The notes beneath the pieces are model-generated. The model saw only the letters and a program-made list of their open reading frames with translations. It searched no databases and was not told the DNA's origin. From NCBI GenBank assembly GCA_038321985.1, contig JBBQFN010000021.1:26875-90874 (forward strand): DNA of 64,000 bases, read 5' to 3'. The position numbers and the translations under genes were made by a program. Source of the stretch: Cyanophyceae cyanobacterium. GTDB taxonomy: Bacteria > Cyanobacteriota > Cyanobacteriia > Cyanobacteriales > Laspinemataceae. Positions 1 through 10,037 of this stretch are shown in pieces (the stretch's first letter is position 1; each line of letters starts with the position of its first letter).

Positions 1-430
1 GCAAAATCCCGTAGAGAACCCCCGAAACCCCTTGATTCCCGAGGGATTTTTAGAATTTTGCCAGCAGTCTAATTTATTAAAATGTTTAACTTTATAAAAT
101 CGGAGAAAACTCTCCCAAATTCCCCCTATTTTGGGGTTTGTGTAGTTTATTTTCCGGTTGGTTTTGTGTTCATGCGCTCCCCCAAGACCGTGCAATTTGA
201 AGATGTTATGATAACCCGGATGTATTCTACGGAAGGGACTTAATTGCCCGTTCCCAGCCTCAACCGAATTTTCCCTGATTATCAATAATTTGTCAATCAC
301 TCCAATGCATTAAAGTCACCCGTTTTGGGGAGAAAAACCGGGGTTTAATCCAGAGTTTGCCCTTGAGGGTGTCAGTTTTTGCTTTTTTTGGAAATGATGA
401 AAAAATCCCCCATCTCGATCGCAGTCTCCC

Positions 431-2851
431 TCATCCCGGAGGGTCTGGAAGGGTAAAGTAAAAGGTACTCCCTTCCCCTAGGGTACTTTCTACCCAAATC
501 CGTCCTCCATGTTGATGGACGATGCGCTTGCAAATGGTTAAGCCTAAGCCGGTTCCGCCTTTTTGACGGGAGTCGGAGGCGTCTACCTGCTGAAAGGGGT
601 TAAAAATCATCTCTAGTTTATCCGGTGGAATTCCGCGACCGAAATCTTTTACTGCAAATAAGACGCCCTGCCATTGGGGTTGAACAGTGAGAGTAATGAT
701 ACTTTGAGGGGAAGAAAATTTAATCGCATTACTGAGTAGATTGGTCAAAACTTGGATGAGGGCATCGGGAGAAGCCCAGACGGTGGCAGTGACGGGGGGT
801 AAGGAAAATTGGACTCCTTCCTTGTCTGCGATCGCCTGAACCCCTTCTACCGCTTGGACGATCGCTTTGGCTGCATCACATCGTTCTTTGACTAATTCTA
901 CCTGACCTGACTCCAGACGTTCTAAATCAAGAATATCGTTTACCAGCCGTACTAAGCGATCGCTGTCGGTGAGAGCAATTTCTAGCATTCGCTGCACTCG
1001 TTCCGGCTTATTTTGGTAAATGCCACTGGCAAGTAATCCGATCGCCCCGCGAATCGAAGTGAGGGGAGTCCGAATTTCGTGAGAAACAATCGATATAAAT
1101 TCATTTTTCATCCGCTCAATTTGACGGCGACCACTAATATCACGGACGATGGAGGAAGCACCGACAATATTACCCTTACTATCTTTTACCGGAGACAAGG
1201 TTAAGGCCACATCAATTGATGTATCATGCTTTCGCATCCGTACCGTTTCAAACTGTTGGACGGATTGACCCGAGGCAATCAGGTTGAGAAGGGTATTTTC
1301 CTCGGGGTGGCGATCGCTGGGTACAATCATTGTGAACACGGACTGACCGATCGCCTCCGAGGGGGAATACCCAAATAATTTTTCAGCACTTGCATTCCAG
1401 CTAATGACTGTCCCTTCTAAGTTTTTGCTAAAAATTGCATCTTCAGAATACTGCACGATCGCCGCGAGTTGGGAGAGGGCTGCTTCCGTCCGTTTGCGAT
1501 CGCTAATGTCGCGCAAAATCGCCGTAAAAATCAGTTCGCCGTCAATCTCTAACTTAGAAATGGAAGCCTCTGCGGGAAACTCACTTCCATCCTGACGACG
1601 GGCCATGATTTCCCCTCGTTCTCCCATTGATCCCCCTTGACCAAAGGTTTCAGCAAAACTCTCGACCTGATCACGGTGAGCGATCACAAAGCGACTTGGT
1701 ATCAGCAGATCCAGGGGTTGACCCATCACCTGCCCTGCGGCATAGCCAAAAATTCTTTCCGCACCTTGATTAAACAGGGTAATTTGTTGATTTCCATCTA
1801 CACAAATGATCCCATCCCTAGCAATTTCCACGAGACCGGCTAATCGGGCTTGAGAGGCTTGTAGCGCCCGTTCGGTCGTTTTGCGATCGGTGATATCCAT
1901 CGCCAATCCGGCAAGATGAACTAATTTTCCCCTCTCATCGCGAATGGGAAAGGCGCGGTCATGAATCCACCGTTGGGAACCGTCAGGTAAACAGATCCGA
2001 TACTCATGGTTGTATTCCCCCTCTAAATGCTTTTGACTCACTCCCTGTTCAACAAAGGCGCGGTCTTCCGGATGAACCGCATTCAGCCAGTCTTTCGGGT
2101 TGCGATAGAGACTTTCACAACTGCGACCCCAGATCACTTCATAAGCGGGACTGATATAAATGAGTTGGGGATGGCTCAGATCCCTGATCCAAAATACATC
2201 TTGAATATTTTCCGCCAACTGACGGAACCAAGACTCACTTTCGCGCCGGCCCACTTCCGCTTGTTTGCGATCGCTAATAGGGTTGTTAATTTCTAGCACT
2301 TGGGCGGGTTGCTGAAATTCATTGTACGGTAATACCCAACGTGAAGTGCAGTCCGTTTCGGCGGTAGGACAGTCGGTGATGTGGACAAAGCAAACCAGGA
2401 CTTCCTGGACGGTTTGGGTGGCATCTGGGATGGGATAAACCGAGGCTTGAAACATCAGGGGATTGCCTTGGGAATCCCGGGCCGATAAGAGACGGGAAAA
2501 GGGGGCAATGTCCTCCCCCTGCAAGGTTGAGGCATGGTGCAGGTGAGGCAAGAGTCCCAGGGCAGCAATTTGCTGTTCTATGAAGTGGGAGTCTAGGGGG
2601 TTCAACGGGGCGATCGCCTCCCACATTCTTAGCACCGCCTGGTTTGTGAGTAGCGGCGAGCCATCGGTAGGATAAACCAGCATGGGGAGGGGCATCTGTT
2701 CAAAGCAGCTATGCCAGAGGGTTTCTGGGGGTCTGAGGGCTTTCTGGGGCGCTGTCGCTGCTCGTCCCAGGCGATCGACTTCCCCGCGCAGTTCTTCCAG
2801 TTCTGAAATCAGTTGTGCTTGGCTTTTATCCCAGTCGGAACTGCCGTTCAT
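431..2851 (-). CDS. multi-PAS/PAC sensor histidine kinase (HisKA + HATPase)
   Basis: PAS/PAC repeats (DITDRK, DISDRK), H-box VSHEIRTPL, NLLSNAIKFS, GGTGLGL. ATG at 2851 overlaps the upstream stop (ATGA), so it is preferred over the TTG at 2899. Confidence 0.93.
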   Translation of the reverse strand: MNGSSDWDKSQAQLISELEELRGEVDRLGRAATAPQKALRPPETLWHSCFEQMPLPMLVYPTDGSPLLTNQAVLRMWEAIAPLNPLDSHFIEQQIAALGLLPHLHHASTLQGEDIAPFSRLLSARDSQGNPLMFQASVYPIPDATQTVQEVLVCFVHITDCPTAETDCTSRWVLPYNEFQQPAQVLEINNPISDRKQAEVGRRESESWFRQLAENIQDVFWIRDLSHPQLIYISPAYEVIWGRSCESLYRNPKDWLNAVHPEDRAFVEQGVSQKHLEGEYNHEYRICLPDGSQRWIHDRAFPIRDERGKLVHLAGLAMDITDRKTTERALQASQARLAGLVEIARDGIICVDGNQQITLFNQGAERIFGYAAGQVMGQPLDLLIPSRFVIAHRDQVESFAETFGQGGSMGERGEIMARRQDGSEFPAEASISKLEIDGELIFTAILRDISDRKRTEAALSQLAAIVQYSEDAIFSKNLEGTVISWNASAEKLFGYSPSEAIGQSVFTMIVPSDRHPEENTLLNLIASGQSVQQFETVRMRKHDTSIDVALTLSPVKDSKGNIVGASSIVRDISGRRQIERMKNEFISIVSHEIRTPLTSIRGAIGLLASGIYQNKPERVQRMLEIALTDSDRLVRLVNDILDLERLESGQVELVKERCDAAKAIVQAVEGVQAIADKEGVQFSLPPVTATVWASPDALIQVLTNLLSNAIKFSSPQSIITLTVQPQWQGVLFAVKDFGRGIPPDKLEMIFNPFQQVDASDSRQKGGTGLGLTICKRIVHQHGGRIWVESTLGEGSTFYFTLPDPPG

Positions 2852-4755
2852 GGCTGATTTTCCTTTGTTTTGTGTTTGAGTGCTTCCAGTTGTTGCCAAA
2901 AGCGATCGCGTTCAATCCGGCTGGTAATACGAGTGATTAATTCTGGCCCAACGATGGGTTTCCCAATAAAATCATCGGCTCCTACGGCGAATACCTGACG
3001 CAAGGATTGAGCATCAGTGTGAGCGGTTACTACTAAAATGGGGAGGTCTCCCCAATGGGGATCTTGTCGCACGACTTGACACAAATCAATCCCATTAAAT
3101 TTTGGCATTTCTAGATCTAAAATAAGCAGATCTGGGGCGACTGCGGTCAAAATTTCCCAAAATTTTTCGGGATTATCCAGGGTTGTCACCTCTAGTCCCC
3201 AGGGTTGTAGTAGTGCCTTCATTACCGCTAAGGCAGCGGGGTCGTCATCGACAATTAGGACCTTGGCTTCTGGGGTTTCTTTTGCGGGTAAGACTTGGGT
3301 GAGGGCTTTAAAAATTTGGTGATCGGAGGCAGGTTTGAGCAAAAATCCCCGTCCCCCAAACCGAGAAACGGCGACGCGATCGGCGAGGTTATCTAGGGCG
3401 GTAAAAACCAAAATCGGAAGGTCCGTAAACTGGTGGGTGACTTCCTGTAACCATCGCAGTCCGGCTTTTTCTTCCCCGAAAGAGGTGCTGGAGTCGGGAC
3501 AGGCGATATCTAGAAGGATGAGGTGCGGGGGGGTCCGGGCAACTGCCTGACGAGCTTCGCTGAGGGTCTGGGCTGTTTCTAAGTGCATCCCTAGGTTCGC
3601 TGCTTGGGTTTCTAGGGAGGTGGCGATCGCCGGATCTGGATCAACGACGAGTAGGGTCTGCGGTTTTGGAGGGGGGGCAATTTCTAGGGTAACTTCGGTT
3701 GGGGGTTTTGCCAGTTCTTCCTTTAAGGCAAGGGTCAGTTGTTGCAACTGGAGGGTTTCGGCTTTGCCTAGGAGGGTTTCTGACATCAGCAGATATTCGA
3801 TTTTCCGAGCGAGGTTGGAGCCTTCGAGATAGCCGAATGGACCCAGGGAACCGGCTAATTTATGGGCTTCCTGGATGGCTCGTTTCTGGAGTTCTTCGGT
3901 GAGTTCCCCGTCTGCAAGGGCGCTGTGCGATCGCTGTATTAAGGCAATTTGTTCGTTTAATCGGGGTCGGTATTTTTCCAGAATCTGAGCAATGGAGGTG
4001 TTTACTTTTAATTTCTTGCCGCGACTGGGAGTCTTCTGAGTTTGGGCATTTTTAGCTTCGGGAGTCTCTGAATTTGTCTCGGTGGCAGGTTTGAGGCGAT
4101 AGCCTAATCCATACACGGTTTCGATGGGGTCGTTCTCGATTCCCACGGCTTTAAATTTCTGCCGCAAGTCTTTAATATGAACGGTAACCGCATTTTCCGT
4201 CGGTGAATCATCAAAGGACCATAGGCGATCGATAATGGCGCTGCGACTGAATACCCGTTGCGGGTTTCTTAAAAACAGTTCCAAGAGCTTGTATTCTGTA
4301 GCTGTCACCCCCAAGGATTGCCCACCCCAGGTGACTTCCCCAGACACCGGGTTTAAGCAGAGGTCTAACCAGGTTAAAGTAGCTGTAACCGGAGAAGTCC
4401 TCCTTCGTAATAAGGCCCGAATTCGCGCCATCAGTTCGGAGAGATTGTAGGGTTTGACAACATAATCATCCGCTCCCGCATCTAACCCAGTGACGATATC
4501 CTGGGGAGAGTCTTTAGCAGTCAGCAGTAAAATCGGCTTTTGATAGCCTTGTTCTCGCAGTTTTCGGCACAAGCTGATCCCATCAAGTTTGGGAATTACC
4601 AAGTCGAGTACAATTAGGTCACAGTCTAACATCGTTGCCAGTTCCAGGGCCGTTTGTCCATCCGCTGCTACTTCTACGCTGTAGTTTTGCTTTCTCAGGG
4701 CGAGGGAAAGTGCCGCACTCGCCGGTTCGTCATCTTCAACTAAAATTATTTTCAT
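2848..4755 (-). CDS. multi-domain response regulator REC-wHTH-Hpt-REC-REC (RcaC-like architecture)
   Basis: N-terminal REC plus OmpR wHTH (IETVYGLGYRL), Hpt AHKLAGSLG, two further REC domains; translationally coupled to the kinase. Confidence 0.92.
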   Translation of the reverse strand: MKIILVEDDEPASAALSLALRKQNYSVEVAADGQTALELATMLDCDLIVLDLVIPKLDGISLCRKLREQGYQKPILLLTAKDSPQDIVTGLDAGADDYVVKPYNLSELMARIRALLRRRTSPVTATLTWLDLCLNPVSGEVTWGGQSLGVTATEYKLLELFLRNPQRVFSRSAIIDRLWSFDDSPTENAVTVHIKDLRQKFKAVGIENDPIETVYGLGYRLKPATETNSETPEAKNAQTQKTPSRGKKLKVNTSIAQILEKYRPRLNEQIALIQRSHSALADGELTEELQKRAIQEAHKLAGSLGPFGYLEGSNLARKIEYLLMSETLLGKAETLQLQQLTLALKEELAKPPTEVTLEIAPPPKPQTLLVVDPDPAIATSLETQAANLGMHLETAQTLSEARQAVARTPPHLILLDIACPDSSTSFGEEKAGLRWLQEVTHQFTDLPILVFTALDNLADRVAVSRFGGRGFLLKPASDHQIFKALTQVLPAKETPEAKVLIVDDDPAALAVMKALLQPWGLEVTTLDNPEKFWEILTAVAPDLLILDLEMPKFNGIDLCQVVRQDPHWGDLPILVVTAHTDAQSLRQVFAVGADDFIGKPIVGPELITRITSRIERDRFWQQLEALKHKTKENQP

Positions 4756-5022
4756 TACTTCTGAAGGTTTGTATCAGTTACGACATCGGGTCCTGGCCTC
4801 GGCTGTGTTATCCTCCTACCATCCGCTCAGTCTGGGTATAGGGCTAGTTTTGATGTTTTATTCCAATTTTACCCCAGGGGCGATCGCCCTTTTTTAAGAA
4901 TTTACAAATAAAAAGTATAATTTTTCTGCCGACTCATCAGGGCGATCGCGGGTTAAACTGCGGTAACAGAACACCTTCATTTCGATTAAAATAGAGGTAG
5001 TTTCCTTCACGGCTTCCCTGCT

Positions 5023-5637
5023 ATGGGCATTCAAGTTAAACAGCTCTATCGCGCCTTTCAACTGTACCAAACTTCAGGAAATTTAGGGGATTTTGCCCTG
5101 TTAAAGGCTGATGCTTTGGGTGCAAAAATCCATCCGAATCTGGCCCAAAAGCTAGCATCGGTGACTGGATACTATCCTGAAATCAATATCAAACAATTGT
5201 TACAGTATCCCCCCGCAACCTTCGGACGCGACTATGCCGTTCATCTCACGAGCAATCGCCTCAGACCCTTTAATATCAGCCCCGAACTCGACAAAATTGC
5301 CCAACGGAATGTCTTCGCCCTCCGCTATGCCGTCACTCACGATATTCTACACTGTTTGCTAGCCTTTGATACCACTTATGCCGGAGAAATCGGGGTTTTA
5401 GCTTTTGCTGCGGCTCAAAATTATAGTCCCTCGCTCCAAGTGAGTCTCACTTTTGCCCAAGCCCTCTATCCCCTTTTAGCCCCTAGACAACGAAAGGCTA
5501 TCTTTGCTAACCTAGCCAAAGGACAAAAACTTGGAAAACAGGCTGATTTTTTATTAGGCTATCGATTTGAAGACCATTGGCACGAACCGATCACCCAAGT
5601 GCGTCTGAACTTAGGGTTACCGGCAACTGTTGAGTAA
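5023..5637 (+). CDS. Coq4 family protein
   Basis: HDILHCL...GE metal motif (HDxxHx11E) and YPPATFGRDY segment typical of Coq4. Confidence 0.8.
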   Translation: MGIQVKQLYRAFQLYQTSGNLGDFALLKADALGAKIHPNLAQKLASVTGYYPEINIKQLLQYPPATFGRDYAVHLTSNRLRPFNISPELDKIAQRNVFALRYAVTHDILHCLLAFDTTYAGEIGVLAFAAAQNYSPSLQVSLTFAQALYPLLAPRQRKAIFANLAKGQKLGKQADFLLGYRFEDHWHEPITQVRLNLGLPATVE

Positions 5638-6231
5638 AGGACTGCCATAAAAAACCCGGGTTTTTCCCAGAATAGGGCAGTTAATAATGGTTATCTATTA
5701 TCTAATTCTGTGGGAAGAAAGAGCGTCTTGCTCCTTAGTGCCGTAAGACAACAAGATACTCCCACTCCCTCAATTGTAGGGTCATACTGATTTAGATAGG
5801 CTATACAACCGTGCTTATTGGTAAGAAAATTGGTTTCCCTAGCCCTGCTTTTAGAAACCTTCTAATGATTTATACTCAGGTATAGCTTTTTTGCAATCGA
5901 CGCATTAAAGGTTAACTTTATTTGTTGCAAATCCTTAAATTATTCTGTAGCTTTTCTAACTAATTGCGAAAAAATGTAACAGATAATCCTTTTTGAACAA
6001 AAATTTGCTTACAATAGAATTTAATCGGTGAATCCCCCTTCCTAGCCGGCAATTCCCTATAATAGAGGGTGATTTCCTTGGGAATGGGGTTTTACGATGT
6101 AGCCAGAGTTTAGGCGTTCATGCCTATATACCCCACTTAAAAAAGGATTATAAGTGACAGGTTAGGAGTTACCTATTAATTCAGAACCTACCCCTTAATT
6201 CCATGTCGTCTTTATCCCTAGAGGTTGTTTT

Positions 6232-6432
6232 ATGTCATCTGATAACCAAACCGTGCCAAATCTGCACACCCAACAAGAAGTAGAAGCGGCAGTGAAGGAA
6301 TATAAAAGTAGTGACTTAAGCGGGAGCGAGTTACTCCCTTTATGGCAAGCAATCCACGATGCATCGTTGGATTTAGGGGAGTCTACACTCGTTGAGGCCG
6401 AAGAAGAAGTGCCCGGGGAAGATAGTTATTAA
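6232..6432 (+). CDS. small acidic hypothetical protein (66 aa)
   Basis: ATG with AGAGG upstream; 15 D/E versus 2 K; followed by hairpins. Confidence 0.6.
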   Translation: MSSDNQTVPNLHTQQEVEAAVKEYKSSDLSGSELLPLWQAIHDASLDLGESTLVEAEEEVPGEDSY

Positions 6433-6516
6433 CGAACATTTCCGCTGTTAGAGGCAACTCTCCAAAATTCTCCCCCAATGCCGGGTAAACTCTATAACCT
6501 TTATCCCGGGTGGGAT

Positions 6517-6558
6517 GCCGCCGATTCTAAAGCTGCGATCGCAGTTGCAGTCGGCGGC
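6517..6558. terminator. hairpin between convergent genes (likely gltD terminator)
   Basis: GCCGCCGA...TCGGCGGC arms enclosing a CTGCGATCGCAG palindrome. Confidence 0.55.
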
Positions 6559-6574
6559 ACAAGGGTTTCCGAAT

Positions 6575-8059
6575 TTAAGGTAAATCCGTGTTTCCCATCA
6601 GGTAAAGATCGCACTCCCGAGCAACCCCGCGACCTTCATTAATCGCCCAAACTACCAGACTTTGACCTCGACGGCAATCTCCTGCCGCAAACACACCGGG
6701 AAGACTGGTTGTATATTTCTCATGTTCCGCTTTGACATTACTGCGGCCATCCCGTTCTAATCCTAAAGCATCCAACAGCGGCTGTTCCGGACCCAGGAAT
6801 CCCATAGCCAACAACACCAACTGTGTAGGAACCACCTTCTCCGTACCGGGAACCGGCTTTGGAGTATAGCGGCCTTGCTCATCCTTGAGCCATTCCACAA
6901 CCACCGTATGTACCGCTTTCACCCGGCCTTTGTCATCTCCCTCAAACTTCGTTGCCGTAGTTATATAAGTGCGGGGGTCCGCTCCAAATTTCGCTGCTGC
7001 CTCCTCCTGACCGTAATCCATCTTATACACTTTCGGCCATTCCGGCCAAGGGTTATTAGAGGCCCGACTCTCCGGCGGTTTCGGCAGAATTTCCAATTGG
7101 ACAACACTATTGCATCCGTGACGAACGGAGGTTCCCACACAGTCAGTCCCTGTGTCACCGCCACCGATAATCACTACATCTTTGCCTTCAGCAGAAATAA
7201 AGCTACCGTTTTTGTGTCGGTCCAGGACTGCTTTTGTATTACCCGTGAGGAAGTCCATCGCAAAGTAAATCCCCTGTAAATCCCGCCCTTCAATTGGTAA
7301 ATCCCGGGGTTTCGTTGCGCCGGTACAGAGCACCACCGCATCATACTCCTGCATCAGTTGTTCAGCAGTGATATCTTTGCCAACTTCTGTATTACAGAGG
7401 AATTTTACCCCTTCATCTTCCAGGAGTTTAATCCGGCGTAATACTACTTGCTCCTTATCTAATTTCATGTTAGGAATACCGTACATCAGCAATCCACCGG
7501 GGCGATCGGCCCTCTCATACACGGTTACCCAATGTCCCACCCGGTTTAACTGTGCCGCTGCTGCTAATCCAGCAGGACCGGATCCGATAATGGCGACTTT
7601 TTTACCCGTTCGCTTCTCCGGCGTTTCGGCAGTAATCCAACCCTCATCCCATCCTTTATCGGCGATCGTATTTTCAATATTTTTAATCGTCACCGGGGGG
7701 TTCGTGATGCCGAGGACACAGGACCCTTCACAAGGTGCAGGACAGACTCGACCTGTGAATTCCGGGAAATTGTTCGTTTTGTGGAGGCGATCGAGCGCTT
7801 CATGCCACAGACCCCGATACACGAGATCATTCCATTCCGGGATCAGGTTATTCACGGGACAACCGCTTGCCATCCCACTGATCACGGTGCCGGTATGACA
7901 GAAAGGAGTGCCGCAATCCATACACCGCGCCGCCTGGGTGCGGAGTTTGTCCTCCTCCATGTGCAGGTGGAACTCATCCCAGTTGCCAATGCGATCGAGT
8001 GGGTTCAGTTCAGACGGTAATTCGCGCAGGTATTCAATAAAGCCAGTGGGTTTTCCCAT
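6575..8059 (-). CDS. gltD: glutamate synthase (NADH) small subunit
   Basis: MGKPTGF start, CMDCGTPFC Fe-S motif, GSGPAG and GGGDTG Rossmann motifs, [15 protein letters not shown]. Confidence 0.97.
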   Translation of the reverse strand: MGKPTGFIEYLRELPSELNPLDRIGNWDEFHLHMEEDKLRTQAARCMDCGTPFCHTGTVISGMASGCPVNNLIPEWNDLVYRGLWHEALDRLHKTNNFPEFTGRVCPAPCEGSCVLGITNPPVTIKNIENTIADKGWDEGWITAETPEKRTGKKVAIIGSGPAGLAAAAQLNRVGHWVTVYERADRPGGLLMYGIPNMKLDKEQVVLRRIKLLEDEGVKFLCNTEVGKDITAEQLMQEYDAVVLCTGATKPRDLPIEGRDLQGIYFAMDFLTGNTKAVLDRHKNGSFISAEGKDVVIIGGGDTGTDCVGTSVRHGCNSVVQLEILPKPPESRASNNPWPEWPKVYKMDYGQEEAAAKFGADPRTYITTATKFEGDDKGRVKAVHTVVVEWLKDEQGRYTPKPVPGTEKVVPTQLVLLAMGFLGPEQPLLDALGLERDGRSNVKAEHEKYTTSLPGVFAAGDCRRGQSLVVWAINEGRGVARECDLYLMGNTDLP

Positions 8060-8525
8060 CGTTAGTGTCCTCTGTTCAAGATTCAGTCAGGGTTCGGGTT
8101 AAAAGGCGGCAGGGTGCAGACGGCCAAAACTGTGCAAGCGATCGCTGACAAGCCCTTTGATTCTAAAGGTTTGCCGTATTTTATCATTGCCTTCATTGAA
8201 AGTGAATATCGAATTGTTAAGCAGGGTCCTATAGATTCCCCCGTGAAAAATCCAGCCAATCCGTATCCCAAGCGGATTCTCTCCCCCTCCTCCCTACACC
8301 TCTCCCGGGCTTCCAAATGTTATCATTTTCCAACATTCTGCCCGTCTTGAGGGCATCATCCAACTGGGTTGAGGCGCAGTTATAGAGTGCGTCCGATCCC
8401 CTATTTATTCCCTTTATCCCCAACTTCGGCTCGCTGACGTACCTGATGGCTCACGGTTTAACTCTTATTTTCCGGTTCATGAGTCTCCCAAATTCACAAC
8501 CTTAGTATAACCGATTTCTGCTTCC

Positions 8526-9176
8526 CTAGCTTTCCTCTATCCTCCCTCTCACCCAAGCACGAAAAGCCTTAATCGCCTTATTTCTACCTTCAACTTTACT
8601 TTGCTCTAAATACTGGGGAATCACCTCACATAAAGGTAATCCGGGGAAATGAGGACTTTCACTCATCTGAACATATTGCCCCCCTTGCAACACATTAATT
8701 TCCAACGTCGTCCCATCAAACCGCCAGAGTTCTCTCACCCCTAATGCTTGATAATTATTAAACAGAGTTCGAGCAGTGATATCAATTTCAATCGCTAAAT
8801 CCGGCGGCGGGTCTACCGTCAAATCAATCCGTTTTTTTCCCCGGATAGCTGCCTCATTTTCAATATAGAAACAGTCATCAGCTTCTACCCCTTGTTGCAT
8901 CACTTCATTTTTAAAGGTGGTAGATCCTAAACTCCAAAAATCTAAATCTTGTTCCTCCATCAAAACTTTAACTAAATCGCCAATCATCACTTTATTGGCC
9001 TCATGTTCCGGTAATGGCACCATAACTTCTAAGACACCCTGACTATAATTAATCCGCACACCAGGCTTTTCCGCATACTCCTCTAACAGTTGTTCATACA
9101 TCCGCCAACTAACATCAGTCATCAAGAGTTGTCCACCCGGTGACACCCTAATTTTTTTAAATTGAACTTGCATCAT
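8526..9176 (-). CDS. Uma2 family (DUF820) putative endonuclease, copy 1
   Basis: VMVPLPEHE, EADDCFY, PPPDLAIEIDIT, YQALGVRELWRFD; GGAGG RBS. Confidence 0.92.
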   Translation of the reverse strand: MMQVQFKKIRVSPGGQLLMTDVSWRMYEQLLEEYAEKPGVRINYSQGVLEVMVPLPEHEANKVMIGDLVKVLMEEQDLDFWSLGSTTFKNEVMQQGVEADDCFYIENEAAIRGKKRIDLTVDPPPDLAIEIDITARTLFNNYQALGVRELWRFDGTTLEINVLQGGQYVQMSESPHFPGLPLCEVIPQYLEQSKVEGRNKAIKAFRAWVRGRIEES

Positions 9177-9263
9177 TTCCTCCAATAGAATGGATTATAT
9201 TAACTTAAAGTTAGGTTTTCAATAGTTAGAAGAAAATATTCGTCATAACTTATCTATTCCTCC

Positions 9264-9911
9264 CTAGCTTACCTCAATTCTCCCCCTCACCCAAGCGCGA
9301 AAAGCCTTAATCGACTTATTTCTACCTTCAACTTTACTTTGTTGTAAATACTGAGGAATCACCTCACCCAAAGGCAAACCGGGAAAATGAGGACTTTCAC
9401 TCATTTGAATATATTCCCCCCCCTGCAACACATTGATTTCCAACGTCGTCCCATCAAACCGCCACAGTTCTCTTACCCCTAATGCTTGATAATTATTAAA
9501 CCGAGTCCGAGCAGTAATATCAATTTCAATCGCCAAATCCGGCGGGGGATCTACCGTTAAATCAATCCGTTTTTTCCCCCGGATAGCTGCCTCATTTTCA
9601 ATATAGAAGCAGCTATCGGCTTCTAAACCCTGTTGCATCTTTTCACTTTTAAACGTAGTAGAAGCGAGATTTCTAAATTCGATATCGAGTTCTTCTAGCA
9701 AAACCTCCACCAAGTTACTAATAATAATTTTATCATCTTCATGTTCCGGTAATGGCACCATAACTTCTAAGACACCCTGACTATAATTAATCCGCACACC
9801 CGAGTTTTCTGCATACTCTTCTAACAGTTGTTCATACATCGGCCAACTAACATCAGTCATCAAGAGTTGTCCACCCGGTGACACCCTAATTTTTTTAATT
9901 TGAACTTGCAT
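9264..9911 (-). CDS. Uma2 family (DUF820) putative endonuclease, copy 2
   Basis: Tandem paralog of 8526-9176 with the same motifs; GGAGG RBS before ATG 9911. Confidence 0.92.
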   Translation of the reverse strand: MQVQIKKIRVSPGGQLLMTDVSWPMYEQLLEEYAENSGVRINYSQGVLEVMVPLPEHEDDKIIISNLVEVLLEELDIEFRNLASTTFKSEKMQQGLEADSCFYIENEAAIRGKKRIDLTVDPPPDLAIEIDITARTRFNNYQALGVRELWRFDGTTLEINVLQGGEYIQMSESPHFPGLPLGEVIPQYLQQSKVEGRNKSIKAFRAWVRGRIEVS

Positions 9912-9956
9912 ACTTGCCTCCAATAGAGTTAAGGAGATTTTCCGGAAAGTTTGATC

Positions 9957-9992
9957 TACTGTGGTGCTGATTTACAAATCAGCACCGCAGTA
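9957..9992. terminator. long hairpin downstream of the DUF2243 gene
   Basis: TACTGTGGTGCTGATT / AATCAGCACCGCAGTA inverted repeat. Confidence 0.6.
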
Positions 9993-10037
9993 ATTTATTA
10001 TTAAATCAAAGACACTTATTTAATTCCTACCCTGATA

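Noticed and set aside
7368..7898. 176-aa plus-strand ORF and the many other short ORFs inside gltD, gltB and the kinases
   Set aside because: Antisense or alternate-frame shadows of well-supported genes with no protein motifs.
8229..8480. Minus-strand ATG...TGA...ORF suggesting stop read-through, along with the in-frame TGAs at 21109 and 56815
   Set aside because: TGA is used as a normal stop by many genes here, the product has no recognisable family, and there is no evidence of recoding.
8526..9923. Diversity-generating retroelement TR/VR pair
   Set aside because: Both copies are full genes, the differences are not confined to adenines, and no reverse transcriptase is in the window.
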